Virus record (IMG/VR): IMGVR_UViG_3300029798_000001
DNA: 64,000 nt
Strand: one strand, 5' to 3'
DNA from: a virus
Lineage: Duplodnaviria; Caudoviricetes
A model generated the notes under the pieces. It was given only the letters and a program-made list of their open reading frames with translations. It was not told the origin of the DNA and searched no databases. This document shows, piece by piece, positions 54,128 to 64,000 of the stretch. The number at the start of each line of letters is the position of its first letter. Positions within the stretch are counted from its first letter, which is position 1. The translations under genes were made by a program, and so were the position numbers.

Positions 54128-54415
54128 ATGAATTTAAAACCTATTCACGATCGTATTGTTATTCGATTAGTAGAAGCGGAAACTCAAACTAAATCTGGAA
54201 TCTTTATTCCAGATGCCGCAGTAGAAAAACCTAGCCAAGGTGACGTTGTTGCCGCAGGCCCTGGTCGCACTACAGAAGATGGACAACTAGTTCCAAACGC
54301 AGTAAACATAGGCGACCGTGTGTTGTTTGGCAAGCATGCCGCAACACCAATTAAAGTTGACGGCGAAGAACTTCACATCCTCCGTGAGGACGATGTAATG
54401 GCAATTGTAGAATAA
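54128..54415 (+). CDS. groS: Co-chaperonin GroES
   Basis: LKPIHDRIV, TKSGIFIP, GDRVLFGK, ILREDD. Confidence 0.95.
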   Translation: MNLKPIHDRIVIRLVEAETQTKSGIFIPDAAVEKPSQGDVVAAGPGRTTEDGQLVPNAVNIGDRVLFGKHAATPIKVDGEELHILREDDVMAIVE

Positions 54416-56044
<1,629 letters not shown>

Positions 56045-56063
56045 TTTGACAGATTTAATCTGT

Positions 56064-56140
56064 TATAAATAGTACTGTGGATGCCGATGGTCGGGTCCAC
56101 AGTATTATGTCACTTGCTTATTTAAAAGGAGAAAACAATG
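56064..56140 (+). promoter_or_regulatory. hsp20 leader: late promoter, 5' hairpin and ROSE-like RNA thermometer
   Basis: TATAAATA(56064-71); long stem 56071-56106; CTTGCTT(56113-19) pairs with AAGGAG(56126-31) leaving a bulged G. Confidence 0.7.
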
Positions 56141-56584
56141 ACAAGACTCACAACTCTGGACCTCAGTCCATTCTATCGTAATTCAATTGGTATCGATCAT
56201 TTATTTGATCGTATGATTCATCAAATTGATACCGCGGCCGCATCAACAACTAACTATCCACCTTACAACATTGTAAAAACTGGCGAAAACACCTACGAAA
56301 TTCAAGTAGCTGTTGCTGGCTTCACTCAGGGCGAAGTTACAGTTAATGTTAATGAAGGCCAATTAATCATCACTGGCGAAAAAGGTGATACCGATCTACC
56401 CGAAGGACATGTATATGAGCACCAAGGAATTAGTTCCCGTCGTTTTATACGCACATTTACTTTAGCTGATTATGTTGAAGTAGTTACTGCTACTAGTCAA
56501 GATGGTATTCTTACTGTTAGTTTAGAGCGGCAGATTCCTGACGCGATGAAGCCAAAGACCGTTGCTATTACCTACAAAAAATAG
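56138..56584 (+). CDS. hsp20: Small heat-shock protein (IbpA/Hsp20 family)
   Basis: SIGIDHLF, NYPPYNI, AVAGF, HQGISSRRF.RTFTL, DGILTV. Confidence 0.93.
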   Translation: MTRLTTLDLSPFYRNSIGIDHLFDRMIHQIDTAAASTTNYPPYNIVKTGENTYEIQVAVAGFTQGEVTVNVNEGQLIITGEKGDTDLPEGHVYEHQGISSRRFIRTFTLADYVEVVTATSQDGILTVSLERQIPDAMKPKTVAITYKK

Positions 56585-56593
56585 TACAATAGT

Positions 56594-56626
56594 GTAAATA
56601 CAGTGGAGGGCATATTGCTCTCCACT
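56594..56626 (+). promoter_or_regulatory. Late-type GTAAATA followed by a 10-bp leader hairpin upstream of clpS
   Basis: AGTGGAGGGC-ATATT-GCTCTCCACT (56602-56626). Confidence 0.55.
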
Positions 56627-56644
56627 ATAACAAAGGATCATATA

Positions 56645-56953
56645 ATGTCGCAACCTGGATCGATTACACAAGTAAAAATCAACGAAGCTCTTAAAGAGCC
56701 TCCGATGTTTAAGGTGATTTATCTCAATGATAATCAAACTACTGTAGAATTTGTAATTGAAACTCTGTTGAGCTTTTTTAATTATACAGAAGATACTGCC
56801 ATAAAAATTACACAAGATATACACGAAGCAGGATCTGCAATAGTTGCGATATTGCCCTACGAAGTAGCAGAACAGAAAGGCATTGAAGTTACAGTACATG
56901 CTCGGTCAAATAACTACCCGTTACAAGTTAAATTAGAGCCAGAAGTAGTTTAA
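56645..56953 (+). CDS. clpS: ClpS N-degron adaptor
   Basis: PPMFKVIYLNDNQTTVEFV, IHEAGSA, YEVAEQK, YPL; AAGGA-led ATG at 56645. Confidence 0.9.
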   Translation: MSQPGSITQVKINEALKEPPMFKVIYLNDNQTTVEFVIETLLSFFNYTEDTAIKITQDIHEAGSAIVAILPYEVAEQKGIEVTVHARSNNYPLQVKLEPEVV

Positions 56954-57741
56954 AATTTAACTTCTATTCGTTTAGGGTAGTATGCCGACTGTGAAAAATC
57001 AGTATCGCCTCGCCCACGACAATTGTTAACATATCGTATTCCTCCAAAGTCACGGTCGACAGATTTATGATAATGCCCAAAACACCAGGTTGTAATTTTA
57101 TTTTCTGTATCTTCTTCGACGGCTTGTTGTAAGTGCCGATTACCCATGCAGTTAAATCTCCAAGTATCCACTAGGTCTATATCATGATCAATAATCCATG
57201 GAGCCGGCACAGTATGACTAATCAATACAATGGCCTTTACTTCTTGATGCGTTTGTAATTTACTTACACTATTAATTAGATAAGCAGCATCATGATATGC
57301 AACACCGTTTATGGCCAAGGCAGCACCCTGGCTAATGTTGTTATGATTTTGATACCAATTAACACTTTGATCAAGATCTATATTAGAATCAAAATCATAA
57401 CACCACCAGCCATTGGTTGCTAAAAATGCTACGCCGTTGACTATGATTACATGATCTTGCATGTACACTACATTCTTAATATTTTTAATTTCTTGACTTA
57501 ATTCAAGATAACTGGCGCCTAAATCATCAAGTGAATACCTATGTTCGTCGTTACCGTCAATATAAAATACACCACCCGGGTAACATTCGCCTAAATGAGT
57601 TAAAGTATCTACTAAAATTTTACGATCTCTAGAGACATCCCCTGCAACAACACAATACGGGCTGGTAGCCTGACCAGACCAATCAAAATTAGTCCAGGTC
57701 TCTATATGTAAGTCGGAAATTAAATCAAAGGCAAAAGTCAT
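56950..57741 (-). CDS. Calcineurin-like metallophosphoesterase
   Basis: ISDLH, AGD, GNDEH, SHTVP, FGHYH. Confidence 0.85.
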   Translation of the reverse strand: MTFAFDLISDLHIETWTNFDWSGQATSPYCVVAGDVSRDRKILVDTLTHLGECYPGGVFYIDGNDEHRYSLDDLGASYLELSQEIKNIKNVVYMQDHVIIVNGVAFLATNGWWCYDFDSNIDLDQSVNWYQNHNNISQGAALAINGVAYHDAAYLINSVSKLQTHQEVKAIVLISHTVPAPWIIDHDIDLVDTWRFNCMGNRHLQQAVEEDTENKITTWCFGHYHKSVDRDFGGIRYVNNCRGRGDTDFSQSAYYPKRIEVKF

Positions 57742-57795
57742 TATAAATTTTTTTAGTTGAGTGTAGCATTATAAGTATTTACAAGAGGAATCAAT

Positions 57796-58146
57796 ATGCA
57801 TATTATTTTTGATAATGACCAAGGACTAGACGAAAAATACACGGTTTTAGAATTAGATACTTTTCGATTTAGCAATCTCCAAGCGGAACGCACAGCGTAC
57901 TGTATAATCGAAAATATACCATTTGAAGAAATGCCAGCGGTACAAACTTTTAAAGAATTACATGCTACATTAATGACAGAATATCGTAATCGTCGTTGGG
58001 GAGAATGCGACAAAATTATTGCACAACTTATAGGTAAATGGGGTGGCGAGTTAGATACCTTTTATGCAGAATTACGGTCACGGATCGATTTGCTTAAAAC
58101 TATGACATTAGATGATTTATGGAACGGGATTATTGATAGGTCTTAA
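57796..58146 (+). CDS. Hypothetical helical protein
   Basis: GAGG RBS; upstream ATAAGTA. Confidence 0.6.
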   Translation: MHIIFDNDQGLDEKYTVLELDTFRFSNLQAERTAYCIIENIPFEEMPAVQTFKELHATLMTEYRNRRWGECDKIIAQLIGKWGGELDTFYAELRSRIDLLKTMTLDDLWNGIIDRS

Positions 58147-59438
58147 TTTGTACGATTTGTTTGTAAACGTTTGGCTATTTGCAACACAGCAGTAACTTGA
58201 CTTAATGTGGGATTTCTTAAATCGGATTCTGATTCTAAACAACTGTTTATTTCTTTATAAGTGAGTAATTTTTCCCATCGTTCCACAAATGGTTTAACAT
58301 CGAACTCGTTAATTATTTGATTTAATCCGCTAGTTAAATTTGTTTTTAATTCTGCCATTATTTGATTAACAAACTCTTTATTAAAAAAATGCCGACGATT
58401 ATAGTCACTAATTTCTTGTGCATTTATTAGTTTAGTAATCTTTTCTTTGGGCGTCCATTGAGATATTGTTTTCATAAGATTTGTTATGGCAAATAATCTT
58501 TCTTCTGAATTTTCTATAGTATCGTAACTTTCGTCCCAGATGTTGCCAAAAGTTTTAAACCCATAACTGCGTAAATATTCTAAACTGCCGTACGTGCCTG
58601 CAATAATAAATGGTTGCCCACACGCAATCGGTCTTAGACTTTTTTCAGTTAAGTGCAATCTTGAATCATCAAACAAAGTTTCTAATACTACTTCAATATC
58701 CGTAGATTCGTAATCGTTGAGGTCAAAGTCGGCACTATAATGACTCTGTGCTGTGCTAATTGGAAAAAAGTTTTCTAATGAGGAAATTGGGCACCACCTA
58801 GGATTTTTAAATTTATGTATTTTGTAGTGTATGCCCAAGTCGGGCTCAACAGGGTTAACGCTGGTTTGACAATAATTTTCCAAACCCAGTTCCACTAGTA
58901 GATCTAAAAACTTTAAACGATATTCTCTAGTGCCACACCAGGCACGATTATAAATTAAAAATAATTTATCTACTTGTTTTTTTTGTGTAGTATGTTCGGC
59001 AAAACGGAACCAATCTAGGGCCATTAATGCATGACTCCAGTAATATACATCAACACATTCATTAGTTTGATATGTAGTTAAATTAGTAGATCTTTTTTCA
59101 CTGTGCAGTAAACATGTTTTATTATAAATAGTTGGCTGATGCATTAAGTTACGGTCACTATACATTGATAATTCCATTGATAATGATTTTAATATGTTAC
59201 GGAGCTTATAATTTTTTGTAATATTTTGATATAATTCATAATCTAATGGTTCTTGATCGTGGCAGTACACAGGAATACTTAACGCCCGCTCCTTCCATAA
59301 TATTGGTCCATTCAATTCTTGCAAATTATCTCTATTCTTTTCCCCATGGGGATAAAAACGATAAATTATTATATTATCATTAATTTCTTTGGCAATATCT
59401 TCAATAAAGTGATATAATCGATCCAACGGAATGCTCAT
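58143..59438 (-). CDS. Glycosyltransferase-like protein
   Basis: VLETLF...LTEKSLRPI..GQPF...G..EYLRSYGFKTF...DESYD; GTAAATA 7 nt upstream on the - strand. Confidence 0.5.
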   Translation of the reverse strand: MSIPLDRLYHFIEDIAKEINDNIIIYRFYPHGEKNRDNLQELNGPILWKERALSIPVYCHDQEPLDYELYQNITKNYKLRNILKSLSMELSMYSDRNLMHQPTIYNKTCLLHSEKRSTNLTTYQTNECVDVYYWSHALMALDWFRFAEHTTQKKQVDKLFLIYNRAWCGTREYRLKFLDLLVELGLENYCQTSVNPVEPDLGIHYKIHKFKNPRWCPISSLENFFPISTAQSHYSADFDLNDYESTDIEVVLETLFDDSRLHLTEKSLRPIACGQPFIIAGTYGSLEYLRSYGFKTFGNIWDESYDTIENSEERLFAITNLMKTISQWTPKEKITKLINAQEISDYNRRHFFNKEFVNQIMAELKTNLTSGLNQIINEFDVKPFVERWEKLLTYKEINSCLESESDLRNPTLSQVTAVLQIAKRLQTNRTN

Positions 59439-59466
59439 AGGAAGTTATTTACTCATAAAATTATCA

Positions 59467-60477
59467 ATGAAATATAAATCTGTTTTACTAATTGGCGGCG
59501 CCGGTTATGTCGGGTCAGTAATCACCGATTCGTTGTTAGCATCTGGATGTAGAGTTACCTGCCTGGATTTATTACTTTATCAGAATAATCAGTGTGTTGT
59601 TCCGTATCTGTTAAATCCCAATTACAAATTTGTATACGGCGACATGTGCGATCAAGCCGCACTGACTCGGGCATTGGACGGAATAACAGATGTTATTTTA
59701 TTAGCCGGCTTAGTAAGTGATTCTGTTACTAAACAATATCCAATAGAATCTGAAGCAATTAATACAATCGGAACACTATACTGTATTGATCAATTAAATC
59801 ACCGGGGACTTGATCATGTCATATTCATGTCGTCTTGTTCTAATTATGGAATTCTAAAGGAAGATCAGATTGCCGATGAAGGGTTTATTTTAAGCCCAAC
59901 ATCGTCGTATGCACAATCTAAAATTACAGTGGAAGAATATCTATTGGCAAAAAAAGGAAAAGTGGATTATATGCCAACAGTTCTGAGATTTGCCACAGCG
60001 TTTGGCTTATCGCCAAGATTGCGGTTGGATTTAACTATTAATGAGTTTGCTTACGCTGCAGAGCTGGGTAACGAGATTGTGGTTTTTAATCCACATGCGT
60101 GGAGGCCATATTGTCATGTTAAAGATTTTGCCAGACTCATTGAATTAGTACTTGATGCCCCACACTACAAGGTAGCATTTGAAGTATTTAATGCTGGTGG
60201 AGATGTAAATAATTATACTAAACAATCGATTATTGATGCGGTTGTTGCTGAAGTACCGACAGCAAATATTCGGTATCAGACTCAAATAACTGACCCTCGT
60301 AATTATAGAATTGACTTTACTAAAGTTAAAACAGTACTCGGGTTTGAACCCAGGTTTACAGTAGAAGAGGGCATTCGAGAAGTTATTAACGCAATACGCA
60401 ATCATGTCTATGATAATATAGATCCAACATCTAACCTTTACGGAAATTACAAAATAAAATATGATATCAAGCCTTAA
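59467..60477 (+). CDS. NAD-dependent epimerase/dehydratase (extended SDR)
   Basis: GGAGYVGS, SSCSNYG, YAQSK, LRFATAFG, RPYCHVKD. Confidence 0.88.
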   Translation: MKYKSVLLIGGAGYVGSVITDSLLASGCRVTCLDLLLYQNNQCVVPYLLNPNYKFVYGDMCDQAALTRALDGITDVILLAGLVSDSVTKQYPIESEAINTIGTLYCIDQLNHRGLDHVIFMSSCSNYGILKEDQIADEGFILSPTSSYAQSKITVEEYLLAKKGKVDYMPTVLRFATAFGLSPRLRLDLTINEFAYAAELGNEIVVFNPHAWRPYCHVKDFARLIELVLDAPHYKVAFEVFNAGGDVNNYTKQSIIDAVVAEVPTANIRYQTQITDPRNYRIDFTKVKTVLGFEPRFTVEEGIREVINAIRNHVYDNIDPTSNLYGNYKIKYDIKP

Positions 60478-61384
60478 TGAGTGGGACCCATTAGAAGCTA
60501 TTATAGTAGGAACGGCTACTAATGCTAATTGGCCCATGACAGATCCTGTGTTTGCTGAAGAAGCTCGTGCAAGTTTATGGACAAAAACTCCTGCACCGAG
60601 TGGCCCAGTTCCGCAGTTTATAATCGATGAGGCCAACCGAGAATTAGATATTTTATCCGAAACCATAGTCCGTTATGGTGCTACAGTATATCGTCCACGA
60701 CCAATGGACTTTGTTGAACGCAAAGGAATGTATAATTATTGCCCTAGAGACCGATTGTTGATTGCTGGTGATACTGTATTAGATTGTAACATGATGTATC
60801 CTTGCCGTAATCAAGAAATTAAAAATTATTATAGATTAATTGCAGATGCTCGCAACATATTCACTATGCCTAGAGATCAAGGAATGATCCTTGATGCCGC
60901 CAATATTTGTCGTTTAGGTGATACTTGGTTATTCTTAGAAAGTGCCAGCGGAAACAGAGCCGCATATGATTGGCTCTGTCGTAAGTTTCGTAACATTACA
61001 ATTGAACTTGTTAATTTTTATTCAGGTGTACATATTGATTCTACTATTACTCCCTTGCGCGAAGGATTAGTGTTATTAAATGCTAACCGTGTTAGCGAGC
61101 AAAATTGTCCAACGGCATTCAAGGACTGGGAAAAGATTTATGTCACAGAAGATCAAATTATTGCCCAAGACTTTTACCAATATCCCTATGCTAGTAAATG
61201 GATAGCTATGAATATGCTGGCGCTTGATCCTGAAACAGTTATTATAGATGCTGCACAAACTCAGCTAATTACTATATTAAAGTCCAAAGGAATCGACAGT
61301 ATTCCACTAACTCTAAGTCATAGTAGGACATTAGGGGGTGGATTTCATTGTGTTACTTTAGACACACGGAGAAAGCATGGCTAA
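60461..61384 (+). CDS. Amidinotransferase (pentein fold, AGAT/StrB1-like)
   Basis: NEWDPL, YCPRD, DAAN, HID, GGGFHCVTLD with the catalytic Cys. Confidence 0.85.
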   Translation: MISSLNEWDPLEAIIVGTATNANWPMTDPVFAEEARASLWTKTPAPSGPVPQFIIDEANRELDILSETIVRYGATVYRPRPMDFVERKGMYNYCPRDRLLIAGDTVLDCNMMYPCRNQEIKNYYRLIADARNIFTMPRDQGMILDAANICRLGDTWLFLESASGNRAAYDWLCRKFRNITIELVNFYSGVHIDSTITPLREGLVLLNANRVSEQNCPTAFKDWEKIYVTEDQIIAQDFYQYPYASKWIAMNMLALDPETVIIDAAQTQLITILKSKGIDSIPLTLSHSRTLGGGFHCVTLDTRRKHG

Positions 61385-62423
61385 TGCAGGAGTAGTAGTT
61401 GACCCAATTTTAGTTCAACGATTAGTAGAACAGGCGGTGCAGGATAATATTTTAAATGCGGTGGAAAATCTCACCTCAGATCCTGCATGGTTGGCAAAAA
61501 TTGAAAGAATGGTTAACCAAACAGTTCTGCAAGAAACAATAACTAGATTAAGTGCTGTTGATATCAACCCGGCAATCAAACAGCGGATTGACGAAAGTAT
61601 GAAGGTATTCCAGCAGGATATTTTAAAGAAATTTGTTAGCACCGGCATTACAGATCAGGCCACCGTTACCCAGATCACAGTAACAGACAATACCACAGTT
61701 GTCGGCAATTGTTTAGTTGCACCAAGTATAGAAGTTGCAGAAACCGTCACAGTTCAAAATTTAATAGTTAAGGGAGTAATTAACACCGATAATCATTCCT
61801 GGACAAATTTAACCACACAGATTAGTCAAAAAACATTAGATCTAATGACGGCAGAGTGGACTGACGGGCTAGTACAACAAACAGCCGAGCGGATACAAGA
61901 GCAGGGAATTGACTTTGATCAAATAACTGTCGGCGGAGAAAAATTAATCAACGGCAATCAGTTAGCCAGAAGTATAACCGAAACTAATATACAAACAGTC
62001 GGCTCTTTGCGACAGTTAACAGTAACCGGCGAAGCCCATCTTAATAATACTATTAGTATACTTAATAAAAGAATAGGAATTAACACCCAAGAACCAGAAA
62101 TGGCATTAAGTGTGTGGGATGAAGAAGTATCAATCGTTGTGGGCAAATACAAGGCCAAACAGGCATATATCGGAACTAATCGCGATCAAGGCATAGTTAT
62201 CGGAGTAAATCGATTGCCACAGATTGAAATCAGTAGCGAGGGGTTAACTACTGTGAAAAAATTACAAGTTGGTCTACATAAGATTAGTCACGATAACAAA
62301 GTTCCTGGATGGACTGGAACTCGAGGTGATATTGTGTTTAATTCTAATCCAATAGCCGACCGTGTGTTTGCCTGGGTATGCCTGGGCGGGTTTAACTGGC
62401 AAACTTTAAAGAGTGCTGAATGA
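61377..62423 (+). CDS. Hypothetical protein, virion/fiber-like C-terminal half
   Basis: ITETNIQTVGSL..L.V, RIGINTQEP, GDIVFN.NP..WVC motifs. Confidence 0.55.
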   Translation: MANAGVVVDPILVQRLVEQAVQDNILNAVENLTSDPAWLAKIERMVNQTVLQETITRLSAVDINPAIKQRIDESMKVFQQDILKKFVSTGITDQATVTQITVTDNTTVVGNCLVAPSIEVAETVTVQNLIVKGVINTDNHSWTNLTTQISQKTLDLMTAEWTDGLVQQTAERIQEQGIDFDQITVGGEKLINGNQLARSITETNIQTVGSLRQLTVTGEAHLNNTISILNKRIGINTQEPEMALSVWDEEVSIVVGKYKAKQAYIGTNRDQGIVIGVNRLPQIEISSEGLTTVKKLQVGLHKISHDNKVPGWTGTRGDIVFNSNPIADRVFAWVCLGGFNWQTLKSAE

Positions 62424-62977
62424 ATATTAACTGGGTTCTTGCTGATCCTACAACCTTAGGGCCCGAAGTAGATATCAAACAACTTAAAAATATTGGAGGT
62501 TTGTGGGGTGGTTGGCGCACATGGAGAGGTTGCCAAACCGATAATGTTATATGTAATGATATGGCAAAAGCCGCTGAACTTTTAAAAAGACGCTTTCAGG
62601 ATTTGTGTAATTTTTACATACCAAATTCCATTTATCAAACTTTAAATCGTCCTAATAATGTTAAATTATATGAAGGTGCATTTGTACACGATGTTGACCA
62701 TCAAGAAGAAATAGTATCAATGCACTTGGCCGCAGGTTCTAGTGACATTGTATTATTGTTAGGTTTTGATTGGTCTGAACCAGATATGAACCCAGATAAA
62801 TTGTTAGAACATCGTGCCCGTAATTACCGTGGAATGATACACCAAGCAATAGCGGACAACAGGCATGTACAATGGGTATTGGTTGATCATCTAAGTCCGA
62901 TCATGAAAGATTTGGCAAGTTTGGAAAATCTTAGTACCGATATTATGGAAAATGTCCTAACCTTTGCAGGTAGTTGA
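62420..62977 (+). CDS. Hypothetical protein, weakly DUF115/Maf-like
   Basis: SMHLAAGSSDIVLLLGFD resembles the A..lA..lG..I.L.G.D motif. Confidence 0.45.
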   Translation: MNINWVLADPTTLGPEVDIKQLKNIGGLWGGWRTWRGCQTDNVICNDMAKAAELLKRRFQDLCNFYIPNSIYQTLNRPNNVKLYEGAFVHDVDHQEEIVSMHLAAGSSDIVLLLGFDWSEPDMNPDKLLEHRARNYRGMIHQAIADNRHVQWVLVDHLSPIMKDLASLENLSTDIMENVLTFAGS

Positions 62978-63002
62978 CACATAAGTCTTTTTGTTATACA
63001 AT
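62974..63002 (+). promoter_or_regulatory. Sigma70 promoter; uvdE probably leaderless
   Basis: TTGACA-17-TACAAT; ATG 6 nt downstream. Confidence 0.75.
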
Positions 63003-63008
63003 AGCAGT

Positions 63009-64000
63009 ATGACTACAACTATTATTCCTCGCCTGGGATTTGCGTGTAAATGGATTGATAATTCCGCTCAGGTTAATGGCATTAAACCCAAAGACGATGC
63101 TAAACGATACAACACCGGCACAACTACAGTATCTTGGTTAAATAGACAGTCGAGAGAAATAGCGGAGCAGAAGTTATGGGATTTAATGGTACAAAATATA
63201 GAGTCAACAAGACTCTTGGTGGAGCGGGTCAGTGAACTCGACCCACATCTTCGCATGGTCCGTCTTAGCAGTGACATTCTTCCTTGCTATACCCACCCTG
63301 ATTACTCTGGCTACTGGATGGATGCTGGTGTTGTTTCATACGCGGCCAAGGCGTTTGAACGAGTTGGTGCTCATGCTCGTTTACACGGTGTTAGGTTGTC
63401 TTTTCATCCTGGTCAGTTTACTGTGCTTGCGAGCAGTAATCCTGGAATAGTAGATCGATCAATAGAGGAGTTTGAATATCATGCGAATATGGCGGAGTGG
63501 ATGGGTTACGGACAAACCTTTCAGGACCTCAAAATTAATGTCCACATCGCAGGTAGAGAAGGTCCAGCCGGTATCCGCAGTGCGTACGGAAGATTATCCC
63601 CCGTCGCCCGCAGTTGTCTTACAATTGAAAACGAAGAAAACGCTTGGGGGTTAAATGATTGTCTTACCATTTCTGATATTGTTCCTATTGTGCTCGATAT
63701 CCACCATAATTGGATCCGCGAAGGAGAATATATCCAACCCGGGGATGACCGTGTTAGAAGAGTTATTGATAGTTGGCGGGGTGTTCGTCCTACTATGCAT
63801 TATAGTGTCAGCAGGGAAGATATACTTGTCGGACATGATCCCTCTGTCGCACCTGCACATGCGGCACTTTTGGTAGAAGGTTACAAGAAACAGAAACTAA
63901 GAGCACATTCCGACTTCTATTGGAATTGTGCAACCAACGAGTGGGCATTGACATTCTTGGATGACTTTGACATTATGGCAGAGAGTAAGGGCAAGAACCT
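63009..64000 (+). CDS. uvsE: UV-damage endonuclease UvdE/UvsE; runs off the window end and is absent from the ORF track
   Basis: Hand translation gives RLGFACK..., MVRLSSDILP, RLSFHPGQFTVLAS, INVHIAG, LTIENEE, VLDIHHNW and AESKGKN. Confidence 0.92.
   Translation, partial: MTTTIIPRLGFACKWIDNSAQVNGIKPKDDAKRYNTGTTTVSWLNRQSREIAEQKLWDLMVQNIESTRLLVERVSELDPHLRMVRLSSDILPCYTHPDYSGYWMDAGVVSYAAKAFERVGAHARLHGVRLSFHPGQFTVLASSNPGIVDRSIEEFEYHANMAEWMGYGQTFQDLKINVHIAGREGPAGIRSAYGRLSPVARSCLTIENEENAWGLNDCLTISDIVPIVLDIHHNWIREGEYIQPGDDRVRRVIDSWRGVRPTMHYSVSREDILVGHDPSVAPAHAALLVEGYKKQKLRAHSDFYWNCATNEWALTFLDDFDIMAESKGKN

Overview
A gene-dense 64-kb segment of a large, AT-rich T4-superfamily-like (myovirus/jumbo-type) phage genome, almost all on the + strand, in the standard genetic code. 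The GroEL sequence points to a betaproteobacterial host (inference). Core genes: gp32 SSB, UvsX, UvsY, UvsW with a 171-aa mini-intein, a gp62-like clamp-loader subunit, primase, DnaB-like helicase, DNA ligase, NrdAB with glutaredoxin, UvdE, a PAAR protein and other late/virion genes. Auxiliary genes: IscU and IscA, a CDGSH-like protein, peroxiredoxin, ClpX, bS21, GroES/EL, Hsp20, ClpS, four radical-SAM enzymes, two sulfotransferase-like proteins, SDRs, an epimerase, an amidinotransferase and glycosyltransferase-like proteins. The most striking observations: (1) an IscU gene interrupted by a 340-aa intein with a Vsr/DUF559-like nuclease, whose +1 nucleophile is an Fe-S-ligand cysteine; (2) a 191-aa miniature DNA polymerase III-alpha core that keeps the catalytic aspartates; (3) a Pol-beta-type nucleotidyltransferase fused to a ligase-fold domain, with an N-terminal motif shared by several late proteins; (4) a ROSE-like RNA thermometer on hsp20 plus an orphan second copy; (5) a class of apparently leaderless early and late genes; (6) a T4-gene-32-like pseudoknot operator. 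No tRNA, rRNA or CRISPR array was found. All assignments come from motif reading by eye; no database searches were run.
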